The notes: generated by a model not told the origin, from the sequence alone. Positions 1 to 11,567 are shown, numbered from the stretch's first letter. The stretch: DNA of 64,000 bases from Trichodelitschia bisporula (GCA_010356995.1 ML996696.1:126364-190363), one strand, 5' to 3'. Numbers and translations: made by a program.

Positions 1-1
1 G

Positions 2-187
2 GTGGCTAGCCGGTACATCAAGTTCAACTTCAAGGTCGCCGACCTGGTACAGCCGACTGGCCGGAACAACAACGATACCTTCTCCTCCGAGACAGGTACG
101 GCCAACCAGAATGGCGGAGCCGCGGCTACAGATGGTGCGGCTGCGACGAGCGCTGCTGCCCGGCGTCTGTTGGTCAAGTACATGTGA
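2..187 (+). CDS. 3' end of an unidentified gene truncated by the window edge
   Basis: Frame is open from the window start to TGA at 185-187 with gene-like codon usage, followed by a UTR-like T-rich tract. Confidence 0.5.
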   Translation: MASRYIKFNFKVADLVQPTGRNNNDTFSSETGTANQNGGAAATDGAAATSAAARRLLVKYM

Positions 188-1423
188 AGCGGTTAAATTG
201 TTGGAAGGTGTAATTATATGCTTGGCTGTTGGGCCTTGTCAATCGCTTGGTTTATTCAACCAGCGCTGTGGATAGTGTGATTGGGGGTGGGCAAGCAAGC
301 AAGCAACGGCGCGGCATGCGGGGGAGGGCTTAATGAAATCATACACTAGTGATCGGACTGGCTTGTTTTTGCGCTTGGTCTTGTTGGGTGCATCTTTGTG
401 GCGCTAGGATTGATGGCGTCGGACTTGTTCATTTTTTCTTTTCTTCACGGGGAAGAGAACTTTATGGGAGAGTGTATATAGATGGTAGGCGATATTGAAT
501 TTGTTGACGCATGGCTTTTACTCCAACGTGGTTCCAGTGAATGGTGAGGTTTGTGGTGTGGTGCTCTGCTCGGGGATGCCGTTGACTCTGCCACGCGGGT
601 CTTCAGGTGGGTAAAGGCTAGACCTACTGCTTTTGAAGCCTCTAACCTTCGCTAGACATCCCCAACTCATTCATCCAACTGCAGTCTTCGCTCTCCACGT
701 CAAATTTCTACAACTTCCATATTTCACGTGACACACCCTCGATGCAGCTGACAAAACTCCGAAGGTCCAGTCCTGCCAAAATCTACCCCTCACGCCTGGA
801 ATACGAGTCGGAAATATACGTCTACGCGGGCCCCAAGGCCTAAGATAAACCACCAATCTCACTTTCCGCCGTCAGCATGTTCCGCAATCTATCGCAAACG
901 CGCCATCGCGTGCCCCCATCCGGCATAATCAGCAACGGGTATGACGCCGATGGAAGAGCAAAGTACACTCCCAAATATCAACTCACTGCATTCGCTAAAC
1001 TGAGGCTCAAAGTGCACGGCAGCAGTTTCTCCCCAGATGCTCACGTCGATGACATCGATCTGGACCGCCATGCCGTTACTTCGAGATCCAACGCTGTAGT
1101 TCTAGTAAAATCTTAAACACATCCCGTGTCCCGCCATGTATATTGCCCAGCGCCGCATCACCTGCAACAACCTCTCGATCCACCAATCCTCCCCCGATGA
1201 ATGAGAGAGATCCGCCAATCCGCCTCCCCCCGCGCATTTATTCTCCGCAAAGGCGGCACAACCTGCCCCTTCAAGCCCTCCATCTGACCCTCCGCCCGGG
1301 CCGTGCGCGCGTCGCATCCATAAGGTTATATACCCAACGGGCGCGGTGCTCGCGCGTGCTTGCTTCACGACCACCAACCCCAGCTTCACCCATCCTACCG
1401 CCGCCATGCGACCAGACACAAGC

Positions 1424-2258
1424 ATGACAAGCTCACTCTTGCTCGCCCTGCTGGCAAGCGTGGCCCCCCTCGCCGCGGCCCACGGCCATGTCACTGGTAT
1501 TGTGGCGGCGGGGAAGTACTTCACGGGGTATACGCCGAACTTCCAGTACATGAATCCGAAGCCCAAGGTGCCGGCGTGGAGTGCGGGGGGGTATGGGCAG
1601 GGGGGGATTGTGGCGGATGCGTATAATAAGGTATGTTCTCCTCTGGGCTGTATAAGCTCGCACTAGCTCGCCCGCTGCGCTCGTCGACACTCGCTGACAC
1701 TTGCTCGTTCCTTAGATCGACATCGTATGCCACGACAACGCAAAGCCTGGCGAAGCCTACGCCACCGTGCCCGCGGGCTCGAAGATTGATATTCAATGGT
1801 CCCCCTGGGCGGAGTCGCACCACGGGCCCGTCATGGACTATCTCGCGCCCTGCCCGGGGGACTGCCTTACCCTACGCGACGGCTCGGGGCTCAAGTTCAC
1901 TAAGATCGCGGAGAGTGGGCTGATCACGCCCGGCCCGCCGAGCAGCTACGTGTGGGCGACGGATGTGATGCGCAAACGGAACAATACGTGGAGCGTGACG
2001 ATCCCCGCTGGGTTGAAGGAGGGGAATTATGTGCTGCGGAATGAGATTATTGCGCTGCATACGGCGGGGACGGTGGGGGGGGCGCAGAATTATCCGCAGT
2101 GCTTTAATGTTAAGGTCACTGGGGGGGGGGGGAAGGGGTTGCCGGGGGGGGGGGGTGCGATGCAGTTGTATAAGCCGGAGGCGAAGGGGATTGTGTTTAA
2201 TATTGCGGCGAATGTGGCGAGTTATCCGATTCCGGGGCCGCCGGTTTGGAAGGGGTAG
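1424..2258 (+). CDS. AA9 (GH61) lytic polysaccharide monooxygenase, 2 exons (intron 1631-1715)
   Basis: Signal peptide then N-terminal His (HGHVTGI), HHGPVMDY, YVLRNEIIALH and AQNYPQC motifs. The GTATGT...GCTGAC...TTAG intron joins the frames exactly (69+181 codons). No CBM1. Confidence 0.95.
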
Positions 2259-2519
2259 GGTTTTGGATGAAATTCATGCATTTGGTTATTGCGAGTGAGC
2301 GTCTGGTGTGGTGTTTGAGCATGTCATGTGAAGATCGTGGGCTTCAACCGGGGGAGGAGAGAGATTATGGAGTATTTCTCAGCCCCGCAAGCGAATCTGC
2401 CCGGAGCACCATCCGGCAGATCAGATTTGGCGTAAACACATTAGGCATGTATGACACCCAAGGCGTCATTCTTATCGTTGGAAGGAGCATATCACTCTTG
2501 GGAAGGGGCATGTCTATGG

Positions 2520-2700
2520 AAGGCGTACGTGATGTAATGTGCGCACGATGGGAGAAAGGACCATCGGAGGATGCTGGGCAGCCACGAAGGTATTTATTCT
2601 CGAGAATCTCTAACTCTTTCCTCCCTCTCGTCGTTTTTACAATATTCTGCTTCGCACCGTACCCTTTTGCACATGTCAAGTCTATGTTTCCAAGACCCGC
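2520..2700 (-). repeat. Dispersed degenerate repeat family A, copy 1
   Basis: Reverse complement contains gtaaaaacgacgagagggaggaaagagttagagattctcgagaataaatac...catcgtgcgcacattacatc, matching 5960-6060 and 63905-64000. Confidence 0.65.
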
Positions 2701-4246
2701 GTGCCCGGAACGCTCCATCCGGCAGATCGTGTAGCGATAACGAACGTGTCCCGTGAGCGCGATGCAGATACAAACTTGCCGGAAAGGCCTAGTGCAAGAC
2801 TAGCATGAATCAAGCCGGGTGTATCACCTTCCCCACAGCTAATAATAGTCCGCGCTTCCGTGTCTTCGCCCGTGTCGTACCGGGCTGCGGGTAGCCGAGC
2901 CCGACGCTTGCGACTGTGCGGGTATCAATTCGTCATCGGCCGAGGCGACCAGCAAAAAGTCTTTATCTCTATACACTCAAGACTAGACAGGTTGAAAGGG
3001 CTGCATACTGTACACTTCTCAGCAGGTCAACGTCGTTCATCCGACAAGGCTGAAAACCCAGCTCATCACCCGGAGAAAGGTGGCCCCGCCCCGACATCCT
3101 CAGACTCATGTTGAAGCTCAACCTCATCTCAACTTCATCTCAGCTCTATTCATCTCCTCACCGGAGACCGATCCGTGTCATGACTCTTCTCCACATCTCC
3201 ACACTCGTGGGCCTCGCCTTCCCCACGCAGGTACCCGAACGTCCACGGGGATTCCCCGGTCCCAACCCGTCAGATTGATAACCGGGGCCAAGGCGGAGAT
3301 ATTAGCCCTCCCATCGGCGTCCTTTTGCCGCCGGTATTCCTGTCCACTCTCAGGCCCGTATGCGACTCTTCCTCTCCCCTTTAGGCCCATACACGGCCCA
3401 ACTCGCCTCTCTCCCCCATACGTGCCACTTGGATGTCCCCATACTCACCCTTCTGGGTCATCAGCATCCCCCGCATGTTTAATGGGCCCGGGCCAGCGCG
3501 GTCCCCTCATCCTCGGTTCCCACCGACGCTGCCACCACGCGTGGAAAACCCGGGATTCTCGGCGCAATCTGCGGCCAGCAATGCTCCCGCGGAAAGGCGA
3601 GTATGCGGTTCTGGGCGCCGCGCCGCGGGCATTGGGTGACGCGTGGACGGGCGGCTTGCGGGATGCGAGAGCGGGCTGGACAGGGCATATTTTTGGCATT
3701 TTTTTTTGCGGGTGGCGAGGGCTCTGAAGATGGTGTGGGGTTGCGGAGAATCAGCATGGGCAGAGCCCGATATTGATGGGGCAGATTGGGGATGGCCCGG
3801 ATAGGTGAGTGCGGGCCCCGGCGGCCCCGCGTGCGCAGCTTGATTTGCGCCTGGCGGGGAATCCTGGGAAGAGAGTGCGGGCTGCCGAGTGCGCTTTCTA
3901 CACTGTCGAGAGCGCCGAGGGAGAGGGTCCCGGCGGCCAGGAAATGGGGTGTGGGCGACGTGGGCGGCGAAAAAAGACTCTGATTATACACTGCCCGCGC
4001 AACGCACTCTCTTCACCACACACTCCTTTGAACGTCCTTCCGCTTGCTGTCTTTACTGTGCGTTTGGCTGCGCTGCCCGACCCCGGTGTCGCTCACGTTG
4101 GGACTTGCTGAATTTCCGGAAGAGACGAGTATGTCGCCTACTGCGGGCTTCTAGATTCTGTATCTCCCTCCTTTGCCCGATGCTGCGACGACAGGCGACC
4201 CGCTCTTTATAATTACGACCTGCTGCGTTCTCGCGGCTACTACGCC

Positions 4247-5624
4247 ATGCTGCTCGCCCGGTTATCTGCGCTGTTCGCCTGCGCGGGCGCGAGTCTCGCC
4301 GCGGACTCGGGCCTCGAGCGCCGACAGGCGTCAAGCACGACGACGAAGCCGTGGCCGGAACCGGTGCCGCTGACCATGACACGAAGCAGCACTTCGACGA
4401 AGCCGTGGCCGCAGCCAGTGCCGCCGACGAGTTCGACGCTGACGCGGGCCAGCACAACGAAGCCGTGGCCGCAACCCGTGCCGCCGACGAATTCGCCAGC
4501 CCCCCGGATGGTGGAGAACGGGGTGGTGCGCGATGCGGAGTGCAAGAATTGTCCGTATCTGGGGTGTTTGAATGCGGGGGTTTTGTGGGAGAATGCGAAT
4601 GCGACGTTTTCGTGCTGGACGCAGGGGGAGATGATTGGGAATCAGAAGTATGTATTCTTTGTGGGTTGGGGTTTGTGGGGGTGATGCTGATGGTGGCAGA
4701 TTGTGGTTGAAGTACCAGTTTGGCCTCCGGACGGAGGATTTTTGCTATGTGAATACGTACGACCTTTTGCCGCGGCCGGGCGACTGTACGTTGATCGCGA
4801 GAGGGTTGTGGAGAAGTTGCTGACACGGCACAGATAAATCGGCTCTCCCGTACTGCGGCACCAAATCCGAACTCTCCTTCTACCTCCCGACCGCAAAGGT
4901 CAAAACCATCTTCTACACCGAGTGCAGCATCTGCCCGTACCGCGACTGCGACGGCGTAAAATTCTACCCGCCCGGCTCGTCGTTGGACGTAAATTGCCAG
5001 GTGCTCGACGGTTGGAACCAGTTCGGGCCACTGCACGTCAACGGGACGCGGTACGTCCTCCCTCTCCCCAACCGAATCCCCCTTCACCACACCCACTAGT
5101 TCTAACCTCCCTAAAGCAAATACTACCGCACCCCAGACAACTGCTTCGTCTCCCTGAACACAGTCGACGAACTCCCCGCCCGCCCCTCCGTCTCCACAAC
5201 CATAGCGTCCGTCCCAACAATGATAATGCAAGACCCGCTGCCCTCCTGCGGCCCTATCCCACACATCAACATCAGGGACCGCCTAGGCGGCGTATCCGCT
5301 GGCTCGGGCTCGGGCGGCGGCACGGGGAAGAGCACCTCTACTGCGGTGCCGTGGGCTGGGCGTCCGAATCCGCTCCCGACGGGCCCGCGGCCGACGGGGT
5401 CTGGGAGCTTGGGGGGTGGAGGCCCAGGCGGGCAGGGCGGGATTAATGGGCCTGTTGTGGGGGCGGGGCAGAGTGCTACGGCGGCGGCGGCGGCGGCAGC
5501 GGGGAATGGGGGGAGACAGCAGTTGCAGGATGAGTTGCCGGTTCCGACGCCGGTTATGTATGAGGGCCCGCGGGAGACGAGGGGGTGGGATTGGGGGTGG
5601 TGGGGGAGGGGGGGGAGAGGGTAG
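4247..5624 (+). CDS. Secreted protein with three TKPWP(E/Q)PVP repeats, two Cys-rich repeats and a Gly/Pro-rich tail; 4 exons (introns 4648-4699, 4786-4833, 5051-5116)
   Basis: Signal peptide, RR dibasic site and TATAAT at about 4208. Three canonical introns splice into one frame giving ECKNCPYLGC...FSCW...LWLK...FCYVN and ECSICPYRDC...VNCQ...KYYRTPDNCFVS. Confidence 0.8.
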
Positions 5625-5899
5625 GGGCTAAGAGGGTGAGGGTGAGGGTGGAGAAGTGAGCATGTGGTAATGGGCGTTTTTGCATTGCATTTGGTGCATT
5701 TCCCGCTGTTGTGGGCGGGTAGCATTGTTGTGGAGGAGAGGGAGGCATGCATGGCGTTGGGATGCTCTTTGAGGGCTGCGCTGGGGGGGGAAGGGGATTG
5801 TATATATAGTGATGTGGGATGTGGTTGTTTAGTGTACAGAGGGGAAGGGCGGAGAGGTCAGATGTGGTACTGTATAAATCGACTGATGTCTGATGCTAC

Positions 5900-6060
5900 T
5901 GATGGGAGCAAAGGCTCATTATGTGCGACATAGGCAACTGTAAAACTGAGGATTGAAGTGGAAGACAATGATGAAGAGAGGAAGAGACTCTTGGGACTTA
6001 AACACACAATGCTAAGTATCCTCCTTTGCTTCCTTCCATCATGCGCTCATTACATCATAA
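5900..6060 (+). repeat. Dispersed degenerate repeat family A, copy 2
   Basis: tgatgggagcaaaggc...aggcaactgta...gactc...ttccttccatcatgcgct aligns colinearly with 63851-64000. Confidence 0.75.
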
Positions 6061-6179
6061 CCCCTTAGTTCTAGTATGTGATGTGGGCATTGAGGCCTCA
6101 AGGCATAAAGGCGAATGTTGTTAGGTATCAGTATCGTTAGGTTGGAAGGAGCATCTCACTCCTGGTAAGAACCAATGGT

Positions 6180-6310
6180 GATAAGATGACGCGATCATAG
6201 AGTAGGGGAAGGAACTACGGAGGACTTTGCCACATCGTGTATTTTGGCATCGAGAGTTTCTTGACTCTCTTCTTCCCTCGTCTTTTGATTCGAAACGCTT
6301 CACTTCCTCG
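6180..6310 (-). repeat. Dispersed degenerate repeat family A, copy 3 (inverted relative to copy 2)
   Basis: Reverse complement aaagacgagggaagaagagagtcaagaaactctcgatgccaaaatac...tcctccgtagttccttccc resembles the core of the other copies, but is more diverged. Confidence 0.5.
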
Positions 6311-6830
6311 CGGTTTGAGAGTTGATGTCCCTTATTTGTAAGGATCCAGATTCGTCCAGCCTCCTACGGCCAGAGCACCGGGTGCTGTTGATGGCGAAGG
6401 ATGGGTTCGAGAGTCGACGATGGAAGCCACGGGTGATAGGAGGATGATACGTCTGAGAACCGAGGACTGGTAACTTCCCCCACAACACTTACTGCACTCG
6501 GCACTCATATATTTTTCTAGGAAGGAGTTAATCAAGGAGTCAACAATAGAAAAGCAGTTTGGTTCGACGACACCATATCGAAACCAATTCCAGAACAGGA
6601 TACTCCTCATCTTCACCACACACTTCATTCATCCACATATCATTACAGCTACAGAGCAAGATACTTCCATTTCCGCCGCACTCTCCATCCGTCCGCTTAT
6701 TTCCACTGAAGCTTCGAAACTGGCATCTACGGCCCCAGCCAACGCACAGCAGGTATATTGACATTCTACCAAGCAAAACACCTCCACTTTATCGAAAAGC
6801 AGGCTGTCCCTCCACAGTTCACAGCCCAAA

Positions 6831-7699
6831 ATGTCGCTACTCCTTCAAAAACCAGACCTGGTAATCCTCACCCACGCCTCCGACTGGCCCGCCTGGGACG
6901 ACCAACTCCACCTCTTCCTCACATCCCACAACTCCTGGCCCGTCATCACCACTCGCGGCTTCCGGCCCGGCATGGACCTCTGGCGATCCGAAAGCGAAAA
7001 CAGGCACGACGCGTACCTCGACGCTATATCCACCCGGCCTGCGGGAACCACGGCCAAGGAGTTGAGAGCCGAGACCGTGGCCAAGGGGGAAAAGGCTTTG
7101 GAGTTTATGCTCGCGACGATAAGCCCGCTGTCACGCAGGTTGGTAGTGAGGTGGGCGTACAGTCCGACGCGGTTGTATGGCGTGTTAAGGGATATGTACG
7201 GGTGGGTGAAGGGGGAGAGGGGGGGGGAGATGTGGCGGGCTGTGTACGAGGCGCACAAGGCTGCGTACTTACGTGAGGATTTCGAAGAGTGGGCGCTGAG
7301 GTGGCTGGTGCTTGAGCAGTGGGGCTTGGAATGCGATGTCCCGGTCAAGGGGATGTGGAGGGATTTTGCACGGGTTATGGATACGCATGAGCCGAGGTGG
7401 CGCGTGCAGGCGGCGGAGGAGGTGGTGGATATTGATGAGGGGGACGAGGTGAGGGAGGTGGTTAGGCATTTTGTGAGGTGGATGTATTTTGAGAAGGTGA
7501 GGGGGGGTGTGGTGAGGGGGTGTGTGGGGCGGATGCTGACGCTTTCTAGGGGGGCGAGGAGGAGGAGGAAGAGGAGGAGGTGGTGGTGGAGGAGGTGGGG
7601 GTGGAGGTGGAGGAGGAGGAAGAGGAGGAGGAGGAGGAGGAGTTTAGCTCGCTTGGCTCGGCTGACGTTAAGCAGGAGGAGGAGGAGGAGGAGGAGTGA
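6831..7699 (+). CDS. Hypothetical protein with a copia-type Gag-like N-terminal region and a poly-Glu tail; 2 exons (intron 7497-7549)
   Basis: LTHASDWPAWDDQLHLFLTSHNSWPVI and EKALEFMLATISP...PTRLYGVLRDMYG resemble Ty1/copia Gag (DUF4219/UBN2-type) motifs. The GTGAGG...GCTGAC...TAG intron converts the Arg-rich frame of the ORF track into GGEEEEEEEE...QEEEEEEE* (222+50 codons). Confidence 0.7.
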
Positions 7700-8013
7700 A
7701 GGGGTATTGTTAGGGGGAAGATGGGTGGTGAGATTCATGAGATTCATACGCGGCCGAGAGCACTGGAGGAGATTGGGTCTGTCTTTGACGAGGATCGGAT
7801 AGGTGGCATGCGAGGCGTTCATGATGTTCTTCGTCGTTGTGTGGTGGATGCTTAATCAGCATATTGTACTGCCCCACTTCAGCCTTACCCTGTCGAATGC
7901 TTGATGCTTGGTTCTATGCACCCCGCAATGTTAAAAGCTTCCTCATCTTCGTCACCATCACCATCATCGCCGTCACAATCACCATCATCATCATCATCAT
8001 CGCCATCTTCGAC

Positions 8014-8262
8014 ATGGCGTTTTCCTTCCAAACCGATGGCCCTCCTGTCCCCTCTTCTGTCCGCAAAATCAAGCCATCGACAGGTGGGGAAGAGCTGCTC
8101 ACCTTCCTCGCCTCTACTGATCCACTCCCTCCCTTCCAACGTCGCGAATCCGAAGCCAAGGCCTCTCTCAGTCGTCTCCCTCCTCGCCTTCTTTACGAAA
8201 TACTGCGGTTCCTTAAACCTGCTTCACTTTCAGCCCTCGCCCTTACCCGTCGCGATATGTAA
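8014..8262 (+). pseudogene. F-box-like family member A, premature TAA
   Basis: LSRLPPRLLYEILRFLKPASLSALALTRRDM*ALYQPLL. The TAA falls where the paralog has CAA, and the family leader sequence is present upstream. Confidence 0.7.
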
Positions 8263-8894
8263 GCCCTTTACCAACCGTTACTTCGAGACATTAAGGTTGA
8301 ATGGCTTCGGGATCAGGAGAGAAATAAAGAGAGAGAATTTTGTTATGCCCCCATAGCTGCTGGTAAAACCAGGACATTTCGAACATCCAATGTGGGGTGG
8401 ATCCTTGCTAAATCACAGAGTTATGATATCGAGGCTCGGGCATCCGCCCCAAAAAGTTCTGAATATTGGTACTGAGACGCCTTTACAAAGAACGTGCAAA
8501 GGAACGTGCGGAGGAACGTGCGAAGCGTACCACTCTTGGGGAAGATGCTTGCTAAAGGAAGCCGTTCATGCCGTTGTTCCATACCGTACGCACGCCTGGG
8601 TCTGGCACCGATGACGTGCGAACAGTACCAGGAAAAAGTAACGGAGGACATCATATATCTATTCTGCAGAGGCTCTCGTCTCCAGTATCCTATCGGCCGG
8701 TTGGGCCGACGTCCAGGGCGGACGCCATACCGTCGCCAAATTACGACGCACTGCCCCCTTCAGCCTGACCCCGCCGAACATGATAAATGCTTGATTCCCA
8801 CCACCCCGCATCGCCTTCAGCCCCCCACATCTTCATCGCCGCTGTCACCACCACCACTAGCACCACCATCATCATCATCGTCATCACCTTCGAC

Positions 8895-9227
8895 ATGGCC
8901 GATTCCAAAACTGCCCCCGGTAGTCGCTCTCCGCTGAGCCCTCAGGTCGGCTCCACTTTCGAACTCAACAATGTTCCTCCTCCCCGTCAAGTCAGCACCT
9001 CTTTCGTCCTCAAAACCAAGCCGTCGACCGTAGGGGAGGCTCCGATTACCTACCTCGTCTTCACTGAACTCTCTCCCTTCCGACGCCGCGAATTCCAGGA
9101 TAGAGATCCCCTTAGTTCTCTTCCTCCTTTCCTTCTATTCGAAATCCTAAAGTTCCTAAAGTTCCTTACACCTGATTCACTTCCAGCCCTCGCCCGTACC
9201 TGTCGCGATATGCAAGCCCTTATCTAA
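8895..9227 (+). pseudogene. F-box-like family member B, premature TAA
   Basis: FVLKTKPST...TYL...LSSLPPFLLFEILKFL...SLPALARTCRDMQALI*P. The TAA replaces the conserved Gln of QP, and the downstream DNA is TA-rich. Confidence 0.7.
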
Positions 9228-10068
9228 CCAACAATAAGTAGTATAAGGCAGGCATGTGTTAATAGGTACGGAAGTTATGCGGGTACGATTTTTCGCTCTT
9301 ATGAAACGAAACTTCTCCTTCGCTATGAACTCTTTATTTATCCTTATAAGTCTACTAAAGGTAATTTACGTATATTTCCCCTCCTTTCTTATAATCAGCG
9401 CACACCATTTATATGTCAACTGCGCATACTTTCTACTTGCCCCCTATCTCCCTTCCCTACCCTACGATATGAAACTCAAGTTCGCTACGCAGAATGCTCT
9501 TAGAAAACTGCTGACTAGCCTATAGAAACGTTTTTGGCCAGTGTGGTCAATCCAACCGTTTTGAACGGAACGGAACCAGCCGTTTACTAGCAAATTGCGT
9601 GTATTCGTTTGCCGTGGGTTACACAGAACTGGTTGGATTGACCACTCTGGCTGTTGGGAAGCTACTAACTAATGGGTGCTATGAAATCTTTAGCCCAAGG
9701 TCTGAAAGCTAACCGATACATCCGCTCAATACCTGCTATATACATCCGCTCAATACCTGATGTAGACGCCTACCTACACGCCTACATGGAACCGGGGATT
9801 CCAGAAGGCCTCGCACGCCCACAGGAACCATTTCGCGCACGCCCGACAAAGCTGAGGTACTGCTGGGGAAACTTGGAAGAAAAAGATCTCTGACTTAATC
9901 GCGTGTCTCTGTTGGAGGAAGCTATCTACCATCTGGACCAGTTCAATTTAACCTGAATGCATGTGACTGGATGAAGCTGGAGGCTTGGAATGAGCGTGTT
10001 CTGCAGACGGAGGCACTTGAATGCCGCAGCATCGAGCATGAGAAGAAGTATTGATGTCCACGAATAGA

Positions 10069-10797
10069 TTAGTCTCTCCAAATTCTCAACACAACTAGCT
10101 TCTCCCAGCCACCTACTTTCCCACTCCGGCCGCACACCTCCACATCCCATCCCGCGTCTCTCAGTCCCGCCGCCACCTCGTCGGGCCGATTGCGCGCACA
10201 CAGCAAGACATACGCCACACCTCTCTCACTCAGGATATCGCCCAGGCTGTCAAGCAACCGCTTCGTTGTCTCCATACCATCCTCGCCCCCGGCATACGAC
10301 AGCGAGAGAAGATATGAATCCCGTTCGAACTCGCGTCCCGGCACTACAAGGTCGTCCGGCAGCGCCGGTAGCTCCTCAGTTGGGACATACGGCGGGTTGA
10401 ACACGAGTACATCGACCTTGCGTGCTCGTAGAGGTGATGCCAAGTCTCCGGCGACTACGTCTGTGAATATGCCCGCTTCCGCTTTGTGCTCCTTGCATGC
10501 CACTTGTACTGTTTCCCGGGCTGCTCGGCATGCGAACCCGTTCACGTCCGTCCCGAGAGTGATGACATTTGTATGGCCAAAGAGCTTCCGCGCGTGGGCG
10601 CTTATGAAAGCTAGTACGACGCCGGAGCCAGTGCCGATTTCGAGCGCGAGCGGAGCGGGAGCATGGACGGGGAAGCGTTGTGAGAGAAAGGCGGTTTCCG
10701 AGGCGGAGGATAGGGTGTCTAGGACGAGGTATGAGTCTTCAGCAGGCTCATACACGTTGTCGAAGGAGACGTGCGAGGTGGAGGGCGTCGGCAGCAT
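10069..10797 (-). CDS. MTQ2: eRF1 glutamine methyltransferase (Mtq2/N6AMT1/HemK2)
   Basis: MLPTPSTSHV...VYEPAEDSYLVLD, EIGTGSG, FNPPYVPT and YAGGEDGME motifs. Start placed at the MLPTP ATG. Confidence 0.95.
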   Translation of the reverse strand: MLPTPSTSHVSFDNVYEPAEDSYLVLDTLSSASETAFLSQRFPVHAPAPLALEIGTGSGVVLAFISAHARKLFGHTNVITLGTDVNGFACRAARETVQVACKEHKAEAGIFTDVVAGDLASPLRARKVDVLVFNPPYVPTEELPALPDDLVVPGREFERDSYLLSLSYAGGEDGMETTKRLLDSLGDILSERGVAYVLLCARNRPDEVAAGLRDAGWDVEVCGRSGKVGGWEKLVVLRIWRD

Positions 10798-10941
10798 GTT
10801 GGGCCTGGAACAGGCTGACGTTGCTGGGTCGTTTGGTGAATGGTAGCGGTTAAATGATGTTCCGGCGGAACTAGTCCGCGCCCTCCGAGCTTTTAAGCTC
10901 AACCCGCGAGAACTTTGCATCCCGAATTTGGCCAAAGCGAC

Positions 10942-11417
10942 ATGAAGCCCTCAAGCAGGTTGCTGGCGACTGCCAGCTCGGTCATTACGAACAATCCGAA
11001 CCGCGCTCAGCCGCAAGCTCTTCTCCCACCTCTCCACCTGTACAGGCGCGTGTTGCGTGCTCAGCGCAAGCTGCCGAGGGACCTTCGGGTACTGGGAGAC
11101 ACCTTTATCAAGCAAGAGTTTCGGCAGCACAAAGATGTTGAGAACCCGTTGCAGCTTGTAGGTGTACTCAATGCCAGTTGAGACCTCGCTGACAAGATAG
11201 GTCGGCTTCCTTAGTAGCTGGCAGCTGTTTGCGCAGAACCTTGAGGGTGACACTTGGAGGGCTGGCAAGCTTGACAAGGCTATCTTTGAGAAGATGAGCG
11301 GTTAGAATGACCCACAAATGTGAGGTGTCAATGCTGAATGGAATAGACGATCAAAAGGTGCAGCTGTACGAACTCATGCTGGCTGCCCGCAAGGGTGACG
11401 CAGACGAGAGCCAGTGA
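10942..11417 (+). CDS. SDH7: Succinate dehydrogenase assembly factor 3 (Sdh7/Acn9), LYR family; introns 11158-11200 and 11301-11346
   Basis: LLPPLHLYRRVLRAQRKLP...LGDTFIKQEFRQHK...VGFLSSWQ...KMSDDQKVQLYELM. Canonical introns restore the frame. Confidence 0.92.
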
Positions 11418-11567
11418 AGGCTTGCACCGTGAAAGGCGGCATTCACGAGAGCCTTGCGCATAAAAGCTCGTTGACCTTTACCTCCTGCAATCTCCAAACT
11501 CACAGCTACCGATATGAGTGAGCGCGCGGCTTCGTTGGCTGAAGAAATTGGACAACAGGCGTGAGAG

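Noticed and set aside
877..1116. 79-aa ORF upstream of the AA9 gene
   Set aside because: No recognisable motif or splice support; it could be a gene fragment but is not supportable.
3080..4212. Overlapping ORFs of 65-215 aa
   Set aside because: Pro/Arg-rich GC artefacts in the promoter region of the secreted-protein gene.
7497..7802. Arg/Trp-rich C-terminus of the 323-aa ORF and the antisense Leu-rich 325-aa ORF
   Set aside because: Artefacts of reading through an intron and a GAG-repeat tract; the spliced frame gives poly-Glu.
9716..9760. 19-bp direct repeat tacatccgctcaatacctg x2
   Set aside because: Simple local slippage with no further structure.
10798..10935. N-terminal extension of MTQ2 in the ORF track
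   Set aside because: The family begins at MLPTP; the extension overlaps the shared promoter with SDH7.
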